From the NCBI RefSeq assembly GCF_006345805.1, contig NC_043007.1, positions 72,168,001 through 72,232,000 on the forward strand: a DNA stretch of 64,000 nt, given 5' to 3'. The stretch's first letter is position 1. Every line of letters starts with the position of its first letter. Under the pieces are notes generated by a model, which worked only from the letters and a program-made list of their open reading frames with translations, searched no databases and was not told where the DNA came from. This document shows, in pieces, positions 25,377 to 38,155 of the stretch. Both the position numbers and the translations under genes were made by a program. Source of the DNA: Octopus sinensis (lineage: Eukaryota).

Positions 25377-25795
25377 AGTTTCTCTCCCCCTCCTCTCTCT
25401 CTCACTCTCTCTGCACACACACATACACACATAGATGCACATGCATGCTTGAAGACCGGAGCGCTGGTTTATTTACGTCTTCATAACGTAGCGGTTCGGC
25501 AATAGAAACCGATATTATAAATGCCAGAATTAAAAATAAGTGTTGGAAAGGTTTTGTTCAACAAAAGCCCTTCAAGTCAGTGCCCCAGCATGACCGTAGT
25601 CCAATGAGTGAAACAAATAAAGGCTAAAAGATAGATAAATAACTATTGTGCATCTTTCATATACTTAGCATTTGTTGTCTGAAAATTAATTTCCACTCGA
25701 ATAAAACTGTGGTCGGTTTATGATAGAAGTTAAAATAGTCAATAGTATCTTTAACCAAGCTAAAATATGGAATAATTTCTTAATTACTACATACA

Positions 25796-25968
25796 TAGGC
25801 GCAGGAGTGGCTGTGTGGTAAGTAGCTTGCTAACCAACCACATGGTTCCGGGTTTAGTCCCACTGCGTGGCATCTTGGGCAAGTGTCTTCTGCTATAGCC
25901 TCGGGCCGACCAATGCCTTGTGAGTGGATTTGGTAGACGGAAACTGAAAGAAGCCCGTCGTATATATG

Positions 25969-26009
<41 letters not shown>

Positions 26010-26217
26010 TTGTGTGTCTGTGTTTGCTCCCCTAGCATTGCTTGACAACCGATGCTGGTGTGTTTACGTCCCCGTCACTTAGCGGTTCGGCAAAAGAGAC
26101 CGGTAGAATAAGTACTGGGCTTACAAAGAATAAGTCCCGGGGTCGATTTGCTCGACTAAAGGCGGTGCTCCAGCATGGCCGCAGTCAAATGACTGAAACA
26201 AGTTAAAGAGTTAAGAG
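25796..26217 (+). mobile_element. Family A SINE (full length)
   Basis: AGGCGCAGGAGTGGCTGTGTGGT head through the GAAACAAGTTAAAGAG tail; an older degenerate copy lies at about 25185-25625. Confidence 0.93.
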
Positions 26218-26289
26218 TTTACTGGTCTCAAATTTTGGCATAAGGCCACCTATTTTGGTTATGGGGTTAAGTTGATTACATTGACCCAT

Positions 26290-27450
26290 TGAATGAAAGG
26301 TACAGTCGACCATGGTAGAATTTGAACTCAGTACATGTAAACGGACGAAAAACCACCAAGCATTTTGTCCGGCTTGCTAACGATTATGCCTGCTCGTGCC
26401 CTTCTTTTCTTACTATATATTGGGTTTCAAAATTTTGGTACAGAACCAACAAATTCAAGTCGGTGGGAGTGGGGAAGGATCAATTACATCGACTCCAGTA
26501 CTCAACTGTTATTATTTTATCGACTCCGAAAGGATGAAAGGCAAAGTCGACCTCGGTGGAATTAGAACTCAGAACGTAAAGACGGACGAAATGCCGCTAC
26601 GCATTTTCCCCGGCGTGTTAAGGATTTTGGCAGCTCGCCGCCTTCCTTTCTTACTATAAACGCAAAAACACACATTAATGATTGAAAATCACTGTTCTTC
26701 ATTTTTATGTCTTAGCAAAATGTTTTTCTTTCATTAAACTGTCGACACATGTTGCTGTTGTTGTTGACGTTATTGTTGCTAACATTAATAACACAGAAAG
26801 CATTTATTATCATTGTTGTTATTATTATTATTATTAATAAGGCGGCGAGCTGAGAGAATTGGTAGTGCGTCGAGCAAAATGCTTTGGGCATTTCGTTCGT
26901 CTTCGCGTTCTGAGTTCAAATTCTGCCGTGGTCGACTTTGCCTTTCATCCTTTCGGGGTGGATAAAATAAGTACCAGTTGTGTACTGGGGTTGATGTAAT
27001 CGACTTACCTCCTCCCCTAAAATTTCAGTGTTTGTGCCTATAGTAGAAAGGATTACTATTATAATCAAATCGGCGAGCTGGCAGGGTTGTTAGCATTTCT
27101 TCCTGTTTTACCTTCTTTTTTCTTTATTGCCCACAAGGAGCTAAACATAGAGAGGACAAACAAGGACAGACAAAGGGATTAAGTCGATTACATCGACGCC
27201 AGTGCGTAACTGGTACTTAATTTATCGACCCCGAAAGAATGAAAGGCAAAGTCGACCTCAGCGAAATTTGAACTCAGAATGTAAAGACAGACGAAACACC
27301 GCAAAGCATTTCGTCCGGCGTGCTAACGATTCTGCCAGCTCGCCGCCTTCTCCGGTTTTATGTTCTGAGTTCAGATTCCGCCGAGGTTAACTTTGCCTCT
27401 CATCCATTCGGGGTCGATGAAATAAGTACCATTTAAGTCCTCGACTCGAG
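26290..27450. mobile_element. Cluster of at least five family B SINE copies/fragments in both orientations
   Basis: Repeated CGAAAGGATGAAAGGCAAAGTCGAC / GTCGACTTTGCCTTTCATCCTTTCG motifs. Confidence 0.8.
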
Positions 27451-27828
27451 ATAATTCTTACCGATGCTGTTACTTACAATTTGTCTTTTGATATTGCTTA
27501 TTCTATTTAACTGAAGAGAAAAGTGAGAAATCAGCTCCTGATGTAAGCTCTAAGTACAGACCTACAAAATGTGTCTGTGACGCCTGTCGTAATGAACGAG
27601 AACAATAGCCGACAACAACAAAGTGCAATCACGAACTCACGTCTAATATGTTGAATGTTAGGTGATATTGGCATTATCAATACTCTCGATGAGATTATGT
27701 GATGTGTTTAGATTACATTAGGAGGAATAAAGGATTTCGAATGAAACAGTTTGAATGAATGTAGTACTGTATGAAACTGTTTATTAGGATATTAGTGCTG
27801 TACAAAGATAGATATATATGCATACGCA

Positions 27829-27868
<40 letters not shown>

Positions 27869-27997
27869 CATCCATCCATCCATCCATCCATCCATCCATC
27901 CATCCATCCATCCATCCATCCATCCATCCATCCATCCATCCATCTGTCAGTCTGTCCGTCTGCCTGCCTATATACTTATATAATTAACTGCAACAGC

Positions 27998-28050
<53 letters not shown>

Positions 28051-28052
<2 letters not shown>

Positions 28053-28620
28053 GCCCTGATGCAATACCAGGCAGTGGCCCTCGTGGCTTCTGATCTTAGC
28101 TGATTGGAAGTGTTATCATGTACATTGTTTTGTCTTGGTATAAAAGATGGGCTCCACCAAATATTCTACTCAATACTACACATTTGCTTGTCAGTTGTTT
28201 GACCTTAACCAGTTGAGCATGTCCCTTAGTGGCTGACGATATGTGCATCTCCGATCACGAGCAGAAGTATTGGGGGGGGGGTGCATCATAGCCATGTGTT
28301 GAGAGGAATTCTTTGGGGCTTGAATAATTCACCTCTGGAAACATGGGTGTTTCCTTCATCATCCTTAAACAAACCATATTCAGGGACCTTTTGAACAGGA
28401 TGGGCTACTGGGTCCCACTTGCAAGGTCATGCGCTGTTTATTTTGATATAAGATCACCATGTAGTTATGTAGTTATGACGGATGTGCTTGGTGTACCCTT
28501 ATCAGACGGGCAGTCATGATAGGTATATTGGGCTTCGTATAATTAATTGTACCTAGTGTCACTTTGCTGACATGCGCTTCTCTCTCACTCAATAAGAATA
28601 ATAGCAATAATAATAATAAT
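28051..28620 (+). mobile_element. Unclassified ~570-bp dispersed repeat bounded by (AAT)n
   Basis: Both ends are homologous to an internally deleted RC copy at about 50890-51100. Confidence 0.65.
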
Positions 28621-28781
28621 GGTTTTATAATTTGGCGTGAAGAAAGCAATTCCGGGGAAGGGATAAGTCAATGGCATCGACCCTATTGTTCAGTAGGTAC
28701 TTATTTTATCGACACCGGCGGCATCTGAACTCAGAACGTAAAGTCAGAAGAAAAGCTGCTAAGCATTTTCCCGACGTGGTA

Positions 28782-28866
<85 letters not shown>

Positions 28867-31261
28867 TTGCTGTTGCTTCTGCTGCTACTGCTACTAATAA
28901 TAATAGTCCTTTCTTCTAGAGACACAAGGCTTGAAATTTTAGGTCAGGGGTTCTTCGATTACATCGACCCTAAAGCTTAACTGGTACTTATTTTAGCGAC
29001 CCCGAAAGGATGAATGCCAAGCTGAGCTTGGTGAGATTTGAGCTCAGATCGTGAGTGCCGACTCATGTGGGTTATTGAGTAATTTCATACTTGAGCGCAG
29101 TTGGCAATGTGCCTTGCAGCGAATGCTAGTAACTGTATAGAACAAGGAATATTCTACAATTGACTTTTCTTGTTAATTTTAAAGGCAAATTGATGATTCT
29201 TACAAAACGACAAGCCCCCGTCAAAAAAAAAAAAAAAGAAAGAAAGAAATATAGCAGTAAAGGGTTGTCAAGACTTATCCGGCTCGCTGAATGAGTGAAT
29301 GTGTTGATAAAACCGAATCTCAAAAGATGAAATCTTTGGCACGTTATTGTGTAGTTGTATCTTAGTGTTTTATATAAAGGCTTCAAACGGCAATTATTGT
29401 TGAGATGGATGATTGTAACTTCTGATATGTTTCGATCTTATCGAAGTACAGTCTTATCAGTGCTAACACAGCTTAACAAACTATATGAGACATATAGGAA
29501 TGTAGCGAATAAAAACAACGAACAGGTGTCTCAAGAACGACGGATGGAAGCAATCTGCATGCAAAACATTATTAAATCGTTGTTAACATAATATAGTAAG
29601 CCAAGAGAAACTTATTGAAACTAGACTCGTAGCGAAAACGCAAAATGTCTTCAGAACTAATTCTACGGGGGAAACAACCCCGAAATATATATATATATAT
29701 GTCTGAGGGTGCATGTGGCGCGCGTGCCTATACATATAATTGATCCGAATTAACACACACACACACACAGAGTATATATAGTAGAAATATGTTACGAAAA
29801 GAAAAAATAAAATACACGTGGAAATGTAAGGGTTAAAATATGAAAAATCAACGAAAATGCACATTGCAAATAAAAAAAAGGCTATTTATGACAGGTAACG
29901 ACAAATATATACAATTAGATTGACTGAGGTAGTAATACAAGTCATAAAAGTAATTAATGTGATATGATTATAAGATGATAATACAGTAAGAGAACAAAAC
30001 GGACCATGGTTTACGCAAAGCTATTCATCGTTTGAACAACACCGGTTAATACATATATATACTTAGGTTAGTTGAGTTAGAGGTTAAAATAACCGTCTAA
30101 GGGATAAAAGTATTCAAAATACTAGCGGTATATTAACTATATTTAAACATGGGCAAAAATGTTTTGCTCATGAATGATAGGTAAAGACAAGGATAAACAG
30201 GAGTTTATCAGGAATCAAAATTTAAAGAAATCAGAAAATGGAGATAAAATTGAACAACAATTGATATACATCAATTATTATTTATCAATAATTTACCTAC
30301 TTTGGGCAATAGGTGGATTGATTGAAATGCCTACTAGTAGTAAGTGAAAAATTATATTAAATCGATAAGCAATTTATTATGGTAAATATTTATTCTTATA
30401 GTACTCTAAACGCAATTATTATTTCTAACACTGTATTGTATTTTAACTCCTCCTTTGACCTACCCTGTCTGCGTAAACAGCTATTATTTTTCTGAAATAT
30501 GCACCCTCCGTACATAGGAATATCCCACCAAATACCCCCTTTTATTTTATATTTTGGTCATTTACTTATCGTCCAGTGGCTCTACACGCAACATGACAAG
30601 ACTATCACCATATTCAACCTTTCCTTCTTTTCTTGTCTCTTCATTTTATTTATGTATTTTCCTCTCAAATGAAACTCCATGACTCAAATAGGTTTTATTA
30701 CCAACTATGAAAAGTATTCTCTTAGCATCATAATGGTAATTCCAAAGAACATTGGCAGTGGAAACAGCTGTTAGATAGGATGCAATATTTTTGTCTGGTT
30801 GACAAACTTTTTTGCTTTACTGTTGGTAGGTACAGTGTAACAACGTTTTTCTCTTTTTAGACAACACACTGAACCAAACAGTGTTTTATATAATCTTTCT
30901 GATAATGTGAGAGTGGAATATATCCCCACGAATACCACTTTTCTGCACAGTTTACCAATCAACGCATATAATCTGAAAAAAACTTATAAACCATTTACAA
31001 AAGTAGTTGATAGGGATAATAAACCTACCGTTAGAAGCTACTGGAATGTTTCAAGATTATGGAAGCAGTGAGGTAATATAACCGAGTGATGGACTGAAAC
31101 GAAACCGTCAGTCACGATCGTTTTTTCGCCATACATATTGCCCAGAGAGTATCCGTTACTTTACAAGTTTTTCACTAGCAGAAAATGCACCTCACATTGA
31201 ACAAAATAATGTAAGACTTTATGAGGCTATAGAAAATGATGTATTTGAGTTTCTAGTAGTG

Positions 31262-33443
31262 TACCATAGGGCCTGGAACTTAACTGCATTAAACTGCATG
31301 TTGTTGTCCTCAGCCCACCTGTATATTGTATCCAACTCCTGTTGCAGATGTGCAATATTTCCAGGGTTTTGTATTGTGTGGGAGACTTTTGTGTCATCTG
31401 CATAGCTAGCAAGGGTGGCCATCTTAGCAACTGAGGGCATGTCTGACAGTGCCCTGTGGAACACCGCTTGTTATTTGTGTTTCCTTGGAGGTGGCTCCAT
31501 TGCTCACAACTGCCTGCCTTCTATCTTTTAGGAAGTTGTGCAGCCACTCTCCAAGTTTTCCGCCTATGCCGAGACCACGCAGTTTGTGACAAATCATACC
31601 GTGGTCGACTTTATCAAAGGCTTTTGCAAAGTCGAGATATATCATATCCACATTTGAGCCATTTAGTAGCTGTTTTAACACCCAGTCATAGTGTTGCAGG
31701 AGCTGTGTTAGGCAGCTTCTACCTGGTCGAAATCCATGCTGGGTGTCAGTCAGCAGGTCATTTTCTTCAAGGAACATGATTAATTTCTTGACGACTATTC
31801 GTTCCATGACTTTGCTGATGTGTGAGGTCAGAGAGATAGGCCTATAATTTTTAGTATCCTCCCTTATGGATAGGGCATATTACCCCCTCTTTCAATTTGA
31901 CTGGGAGCTTACCACTTGCAAGAAAGCTCTGAAAAAGAAGCTGTAGCAGTTTTGCAAGGGCTCGTTTGCACGATTTGAGAAGGATCGCTGGAAATCCTTC
32001 AGGTCAAGGAGCTGAGTTTGTGTCAATCTCATCTATGGCGAGTGTGATATCATCATCTTCAATGTTGATGTACTCAATTTTTGCCTCTTTGGCCGCAGGT
32101 AAAGTGGCAAAGAATTCTTCTGGGTTGTTTACTTGTCTGTGTCCTAGAGGTGTAGTGAACACACTTTGGAACTGTTCGTTCAGTATTTCACTTATCCTCG
32201 TGCGATTTCCTGTAAGAGAGCCATCTTTTTGGAAGAGAGGTCCTATTCTCTGGTGCACTGTGGCTGTCTCTGGCAAACTTAAAGAAAGTTTCAGGGTTTG
32301 ACTTTATATTTTCTATTACCCAAGCTTCTTTATCTGCTCTCTCCTTTTCATGAAACTGATACAGACTTTTATCAATTTCCATTAGCATTCTCTTGAGCCG
32401 AGACTTCTCACCACTTTTGGTGTGCTTGCTCAGGCGGTTCGTAATCCTTGTCCGTCGTCTCATAAGAATCTTCCTTTCTCTAGGAATCCTGTTTTTGTTT
32501 TTGTGTGTGCTGGCCCAGCACACTGGGACATATTTGTCACATATGGCTTGTATTATGGACATGAAACGTTTGTGTTTCATGTCAATGTCCGGTGTGGAGA
32601 GACATTTAGGCCAATCCTGTTTGAGGATCTCTTTCTCGATCAACTTCCAATTTGCTTTATGAAAGTTTAAGTTGGAGAGATTGTGGATGTTTCGTATAGG
32701 CTGTGTGTCTGCGGGGGCTTTTGGTTCATACATAGACAGCTCTATTATGTTGTGATCCGAGATCATTGTCGGCATTACTTTAACATTATGGATAATATCC
32801 ATATTGTTTGTGAAGCAGAGATCCAGTATATTATCTGCCCTTGTTGGTGCAGCACTATTTGCTCCATGAAAGAGGCATTTGTGAGATGGAGCAGGGACTC
32901 TGCCTGTGCCTGCTGATGGTGTGTCATCCCTGGGAGCATCTGCCCCCCCCCCCAGGCCATTCCACATTTAGGAAGTTAAAGTCACCCATGAAGAATACAC
33001 TGTTGTGTTGTTCCAGGTTGGTGAGAACTTCTATTTTTGTTAGGCAGTCTTCAAACATGCCTGTGTGATTTGGGGCATCCGGTGGGCGATATGTAGTACA
33101 TATGACGATATTCAGTTTGTCTTATGTGTACAATTTGAGTGTCACACACTGAGTTTGAATATGACATCAGGACCAAGGGCGTGAGGTCATCTCTGATGTA
33201 CATTGCAACTCCACCATGGCTCTTCCCTTTTCTATCTGAGCGTATGACAGCATATTGTGGTATGAGTATTTCTGCATCCCCTATATCGGGTCCAAGATGC
33301 GTTTCTATGAGTGCCATGCATATAGCTTGATTGCATGCCACAAGGTCTCTCAGGAATGAGATTTTCCTTTTACAGTTGCCGCGCGGCAGCCCTCCTACGT
33401 TCAGTAGAAATATTACTGAGTTCTTTTTTATTCCTAAATGCAT
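31262..33443 (-). pseudogene. CR1/L2-group LINE ORF2 (AP endonuclease plus RT), frameshifted, 3' end missing
   Basis: EN motifs LNVGGL, ETHL, RSDR.GKSHGGVAMYI, TRADNILDLCFTN, SDHNII; RT motifs QHGFRPGRSCLTQL, YLDFAKAFDKVDH, SGVPQGTV, YADDTK, FNAVKFQ. Confidence 0.95.
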
Positions 33444-33735
33444 TTATGAATGAATATTCTGCGGTGTGTGAGTTTAAATGAATATTTCAATTTCAATGTA
33501 TTCTTTACCAAACAAACAAACAATGAATAAAAGAAAGAAAGTAATAAGAAAAGAAGACGTCGGAGCGTTTCTTAAATTATAATACAGAAATCAGTTTTCG
33601 CGGTTACGACAAGATTTTAAAGAACACATAATCAAGGTGCTACCTATATTCACAATACATGCGTGTAAATATACATATGAGTATGTGTGTGCATATACAT
33701 ATACTTATATATATGTGTGTGTGTGTGTATGTATG

Positions 33736-33791
<56 letters not shown>

Positions 33792-33795
<4 letters not shown>

Positions 33796-33990
33796 GGAAA
33801 GTTTACGAAAATAAACAAAAGACGAAGGCAGGTGGAGTACAAACAAACGAATGTATTAGTATAGCGCTCAAGAATAGAAAAAGTCTTTTACGTTTCGAGC
33901 CTACGCTCTTCGACAGAAAGATACACAGAAAAAAAACAAGGAGAGAAACAAGGAGAGAAATAAATGCGTGTAGGAGCTAACGATACGCAT
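33792..33990 (-). mobile_element. ~200-bp non-autonomous element carrying a hammerhead motif, inserted in (TA)n
   Basis: Unique-looking 200-bp block flanked by (TA)n on both sides; contains the 33884-33921 motif. Confidence 0.6.
33884..33921 (-). ncRNA. Minimal type-I hammerhead ribozyme motif, variant core CUGUCGA
   Basis: RC: TCTTT-CTGTCGA-A-GAGC(GTAG)GCTC-GAAAC-GT-A-AAAGA; perfect 5-bp stem I, 4-bp stem II, palindromic ACGT, GUA site. Confidence 0.65.
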
Positions 33991-34018
33991 ATATATATAT
34001 ATATATATAATATATATA

Positions 34019-34058
<40 letters not shown>

Positions 34059-34939
34059 ATGTGTGTATCTATATATGTTTATATATGTATTGTATATACA
34101 TATACGTATATACATTTGCTCCCCCTCTCTTTCTCACATACACACGCAAACTATTGTGAACGTGAATGTCCCAGCCAGTGACATCTTAAATAAATAAATA
34201 AATAAATGAATAAATAAATAAATAAACAGCCATAAAGTATCATTCGTCCCATTACGGACATCTGTAGCGCAAAGAATTACATAAGCAGCAATGGCAGATA
34301 TATAAATAGTAGCAACTACCACAAATAGTAATGACAGACTTTTAACACCGACATTCAAAAAGAATGGAGACCCTCTAAATAGCATCACCAAACAAACACA
34401 AACGCTACGAGACATAAATAACATATTGCTTGTTGTACAATGTTAGTCGAGAATGTTTCATCTGGCAACAACAATATTGCTACGTTGCAGCCATTTAACA
34501 CTGGAAGTCTGCCGCTCTCCACACTCAGTGCCAATATGAGAAGCCTCTATATAGTCATTCATCTTGCTAGAAATAGCAGCCAAGTCTCTCTCAGGTCATA
34601 CATTATCGTCTTCAAAAAGAAAACAAATAAAAGCGAGGAGACATTTAATAATGTAGTCTTAGGTAAATTATATCATGTGGTTGACGTAGAGTTAACCAAA
34701 AAAGACCATCACCACCGCCGCCGCCGCCGTCGCCACCACCACCACCACCACTACTATCTCGTTTCATGGTCGGTAAAATGAAATACCAGTCAACTATTTG
34801 ATCCGGAGTTCAAATTCCGCCGAGGACTACATAGTCTTCCATCCTCTAGGGATCGATGAAATAGCGGTTAGTTGAACACAGGGGTCAGTATAATCAACTA
34901 AACCCACCTCTCACAAAATTTCAGGCATTATGTCAATAC

Positions 34940-35447
34940 TCTTTTACTCTTTTACTTGTTTCAGTCATTTGACTCTGGCCATGCTGGAGCACCGCCTTTA
35001 GTCAAAGAAATCGACCCCAGGACTTATTTTTTGTAAGCCTAGTACTTATTCTATCGTACTCTTTTGCCGAACCGCTAAGTTACGGGGACGTAAACACACC
35101 AGCATCGGTTGTTAAGCGATGTTGGGGGGCAAGTCTAGTACTTATTCTATCGGTCTCTTTGCCGAACCGCTAAGTTACGGGGACGTAAATACACCAGCAT
35201 CGGTTGTTAAGCGATGTTGGGGGACAAACAAAGACACGCACACATATACCCACACATACTTATATATATATATACATATATACGACGGGATTCTTTCAGT
35301 TTCCGTCTACCAAATCCATTCACAAAGCTTTGGTCGGCCCAAGGCTATAATAGAAAACACTTGCCCAAGGTGCCACGCAGTGGAACTGAACTCAGAGCCA
35401 TGTGGCTGGTAAGTTAGCTACTTATCACACAGCTACTCGTGCGCCTG
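34940..35447 (-). mobile_element. Family A SINE with internal 96-bp tandem duplication
   Basis: Segment AGTACTTATTCTATCG...GCGATGTTGGGG occurs at 35041 and 35137. Confidence 0.88.
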
Positions 35448-35567
35448 TAGTAAAAAGGATTATTATTTTTTGTTGTTGTTCTTCTTCTTCATAATATTGT
35501 TGCTATTGCATGCTTTCATTTGTATGACCAAGCGGAAATCTACGTACCTAACGCACGTGCAATTCCT

Positions 35568-35600
<33 letters not shown>

Positions 35601-35662
35601 CTCTAGTATTAAATATGATTTATGTTAATACATGTAAACAGTACCATTTACTCTGTTGTGTA

Positions 35663-36405
35663 CAGGGTGGGGCAGAGAGGACGGGAGGGACATATGACCG
35701 ACAGGTACCATTCGGTCCGTGGTGTCTTAGCATTTTTTTGTTGGGGCAGAGAGGACGGACGTCCTTGAAATGGCTATTACTCAGCCCCAGCGGAGAGGGA
35801 CATATGACCGACAGGTACAATTCGGTTTTGTGTCATAGCACTTTTTTGTTGGGGTAGAGAGGACGGACGTCCTTGAAATGGCTATTACTCAGCCCCAGCG
35901 GGGAGGGACATATGACCGACAGGTACAATTCGGTCCGTTGGTGTCTTAACATTTTTTTGTTGGGGTAGAGAGGACGGACGTCCTTGAAATGGCTATTACT
36001 CAGCCCCAGCGGAGAGGGACATATGACCGACAGGTACAATTCGGTTTTGTGTCATAGCACTTTTTTGTTGGGGTAGAGAGGACGGACGTCCTTGAAATGG
36101 CTATTACTCAGCCCCAGCGGGGAGGGACATATGACCGACAGGTACAATTCGGTCCGTGGTGTCTTAGCATTTTTTTGTTGGGGCAGAGAGGACGGACGTC
36201 CTTGAAATGGCTATTACTCAGCCCCAGCGGAGAGGGACATATGACCGACAGGTACAATTCGGTTTTGTGTCATAGCACTTTTTTGTTGGGGTAGAGAGGA
36301 CGGACGTCCTTGAAATGGCTATTACTCAGCCCCAGCGGGGAGGGACATATGACCGACAGGTACAATTCGGTCTGTGGTGTCTTAGCATCTTTTTTTTCTT
36401 TTCAG
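35663..36405 (+). repeat. Tandem array of seven 108-111-bp units (first shortened to 74 bp), alternating two variants, derived from a transposon left end
   Basis: Units start at 35669, 35743, 35851, 35962, 36070, 36180, 36288; array opens with TA|CAGGGTG and runs directly into the transposase ATG. Confidence 0.93.
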
Positions 36406-36413
36406 GTGAAGCC

Positions 36414-36915
36414 ATGGTGCTGTGGACGATAGAGCATCGCGTGTTTGCCTTCGACAGTTACGTGAAAAATAACGAGTCTGTCACAGCAGTTCAGTGTGAG
36501 TTTCAGCGCCATTTCAACATTCACCGAAATCAGGCTGTTCCCACTCGTAACACAATCTTACGTTGGGTGAATGCACTTCGTACACGAAGTACACTAATGG
36601 ATAGGAGTCCTCTAGGGGCCCACGAACGGTACGGATTCCGGAAAATGTGAAACGCGTCAGACATTCCACTGAACTTGGTATCTGTAATCGAGCGCTAAGC
36701 TGTGTATTGCATTTCCACCCGTACCAATTGGTCATTGGACAACAGTTCAAACCGTGGAACTATGTACAGTGGCTTAACTTCGCACATCAGATGGAAGCAA
36801 TTTTTGAGCCAAATGACGACCTCATTTTGTTAATGAGTGATAAAGCTAATTTTCATCTCAATGGCATAGTGAATCAACGGAACTGTCGTTATTGAGCTCT
36901 TGAAAATCCGAGAGA
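36414..36915 (+). pseudogene. Tc1/mariner-superfamily transposase relic, rosa/DD41D-like (DUF4817-type HTH), 3'-truncated
   Basis: WTIEHRVFAFDSYVKNNESVTAVQCEFQRHFNIHRNQAVPTRNTILRWV, LHFHPYQL, LLMSDKANFHLNGIVNQRNCRY, ENP; frameshift and stop; no right TIR seen. Confidence 0.85.
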
Positions 36916-37065
36916 ACCGCAGGAAAGAGCACTGCACAAGGGTCGATGAAAACACTATCAGTAAAGTACTGAGATCAATGTTATCAATTATCTCCCCTTT
37001 CCTCAAAGTTTCAGACCTTGTGTCTATAGTAAAAAGGATTATTATTATAGTTATTGTTATAAATA

Positions 37066-37530
37066 AGGTGGCGCGCTGGGGAAATCGTTAGCACACTAGA
37101 CAAAATGCTTAGCGGCATTTCCTCCATTTTTACAACATTCTGAGCTCAAATTCCACCGTGGTTGACTGTATCTTTCGGCACATGGCGGCGAGCTGGTAGA
37201 AACGTTAGCACGCCGGGCGAAATGCTTAGTGGTATTTCGTCTGCCGTTACGTTGTGAGTTCAAATTCCGCCGAGGTCGACTTTGCCTTTCATCCTTTCGG
37301 GGTCGATAAAATGAATACCAGTTACACACTGGGTTCGATGTAATCGACTTAATACCTATGTCTGTCCTTGTTTGTCCCCTCTGTGTTTATCCCCTTGTGG
37401 GTAATAAAGAAATATGTATCTTTCATCCTTTCGAGGTCGATAAAAGAAGTACTAATCGAGTACTGGGGTCGATGTAATCGTCTTAACCCTCTCCTAAAAT
37501 TGACGGCCTTGCGCCAAAATATGAAACCGT
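37066..37530 (+). mobile_element. Family B SINE cluster
   Basis: Full copy at about 37183-37410 plus fragments. Confidence 0.8.
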
Positions 37531-37555
37531 TATTATTATTGTTCTTATGATGATG

Positions 37556-37597
<42 letters not shown>

Positions 37598-38155
37598 CTA
37601 ACTTACATGACACTATTCTTACTATTTCTAGATATTTCATTAGTTAACGTTAAAGCAAACTGAAAAAGTTCACTCATGAGAAACAGACTCACTGAAGTTT
37701 CCAAGAATCTTATTAAGTGTATACAGACACAAGGTCCAGAATTTTGGTGGAGAGAGTCAGTTGATACAATCGACCCTAGTATTTGACTGGTACTTTATTT
37801 TATCAACCTCCGAAGGGAAGAAAGGCAAAATTGATCGCGGTGGGTATTTTCTTTAAGCGATTCATCAGGCTAATTTGAACTTGGAACTGAAAGCTCCGGA
37901 AGAAATACCGCAAAACATTTCCTCTGACACTCTACTGATTCTGATCTCATCGCCTTCCTCAGCTCATCTGCTTTTAGGGGATGAGGGGTGAGTACTTCAC
38001 TTTAATCTATCCCCGAAAGGATGAAAGGATGAAATAAAATCGGTGAAATGTCTCATATGAGGAAAACAACAACTATAAGCAATTTTATTTAGACCAATGG
38101 TTTTCCGCTTTGATTGCTATCTCATTTTGATGGACCCTCGTAACCATTTTTTTAT

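Noticed and set aside
25796-25880. tRNA genes at SINE heads
   Set aside because: A/B boxes are present but there is no complete cloverleaf or acceptor stem, and they continue into SINE bodies
29380-29525. Possible exon GFKRQLLLRWMIVTSDMFRSY...NEQ
   Set aside because: AAG acceptor with poor pyrimidine tract, no homolog recognised, no supported partner exon
34134-34781. Membrane-protein-like ORF (minus) and 113-aa ORF (plus)
   Set aside because: Region includes a dispersed repeat tail (GCTGCTATTTCTAGCA, also near 5410 and 57585) and a (TATT)n tract; no consistent splice signals
35669-36405. CRISPR-like regular array
   Set aside because: No unique spacers; the whole unit repeats, it is transposon-derived, and the context is eukaryotic
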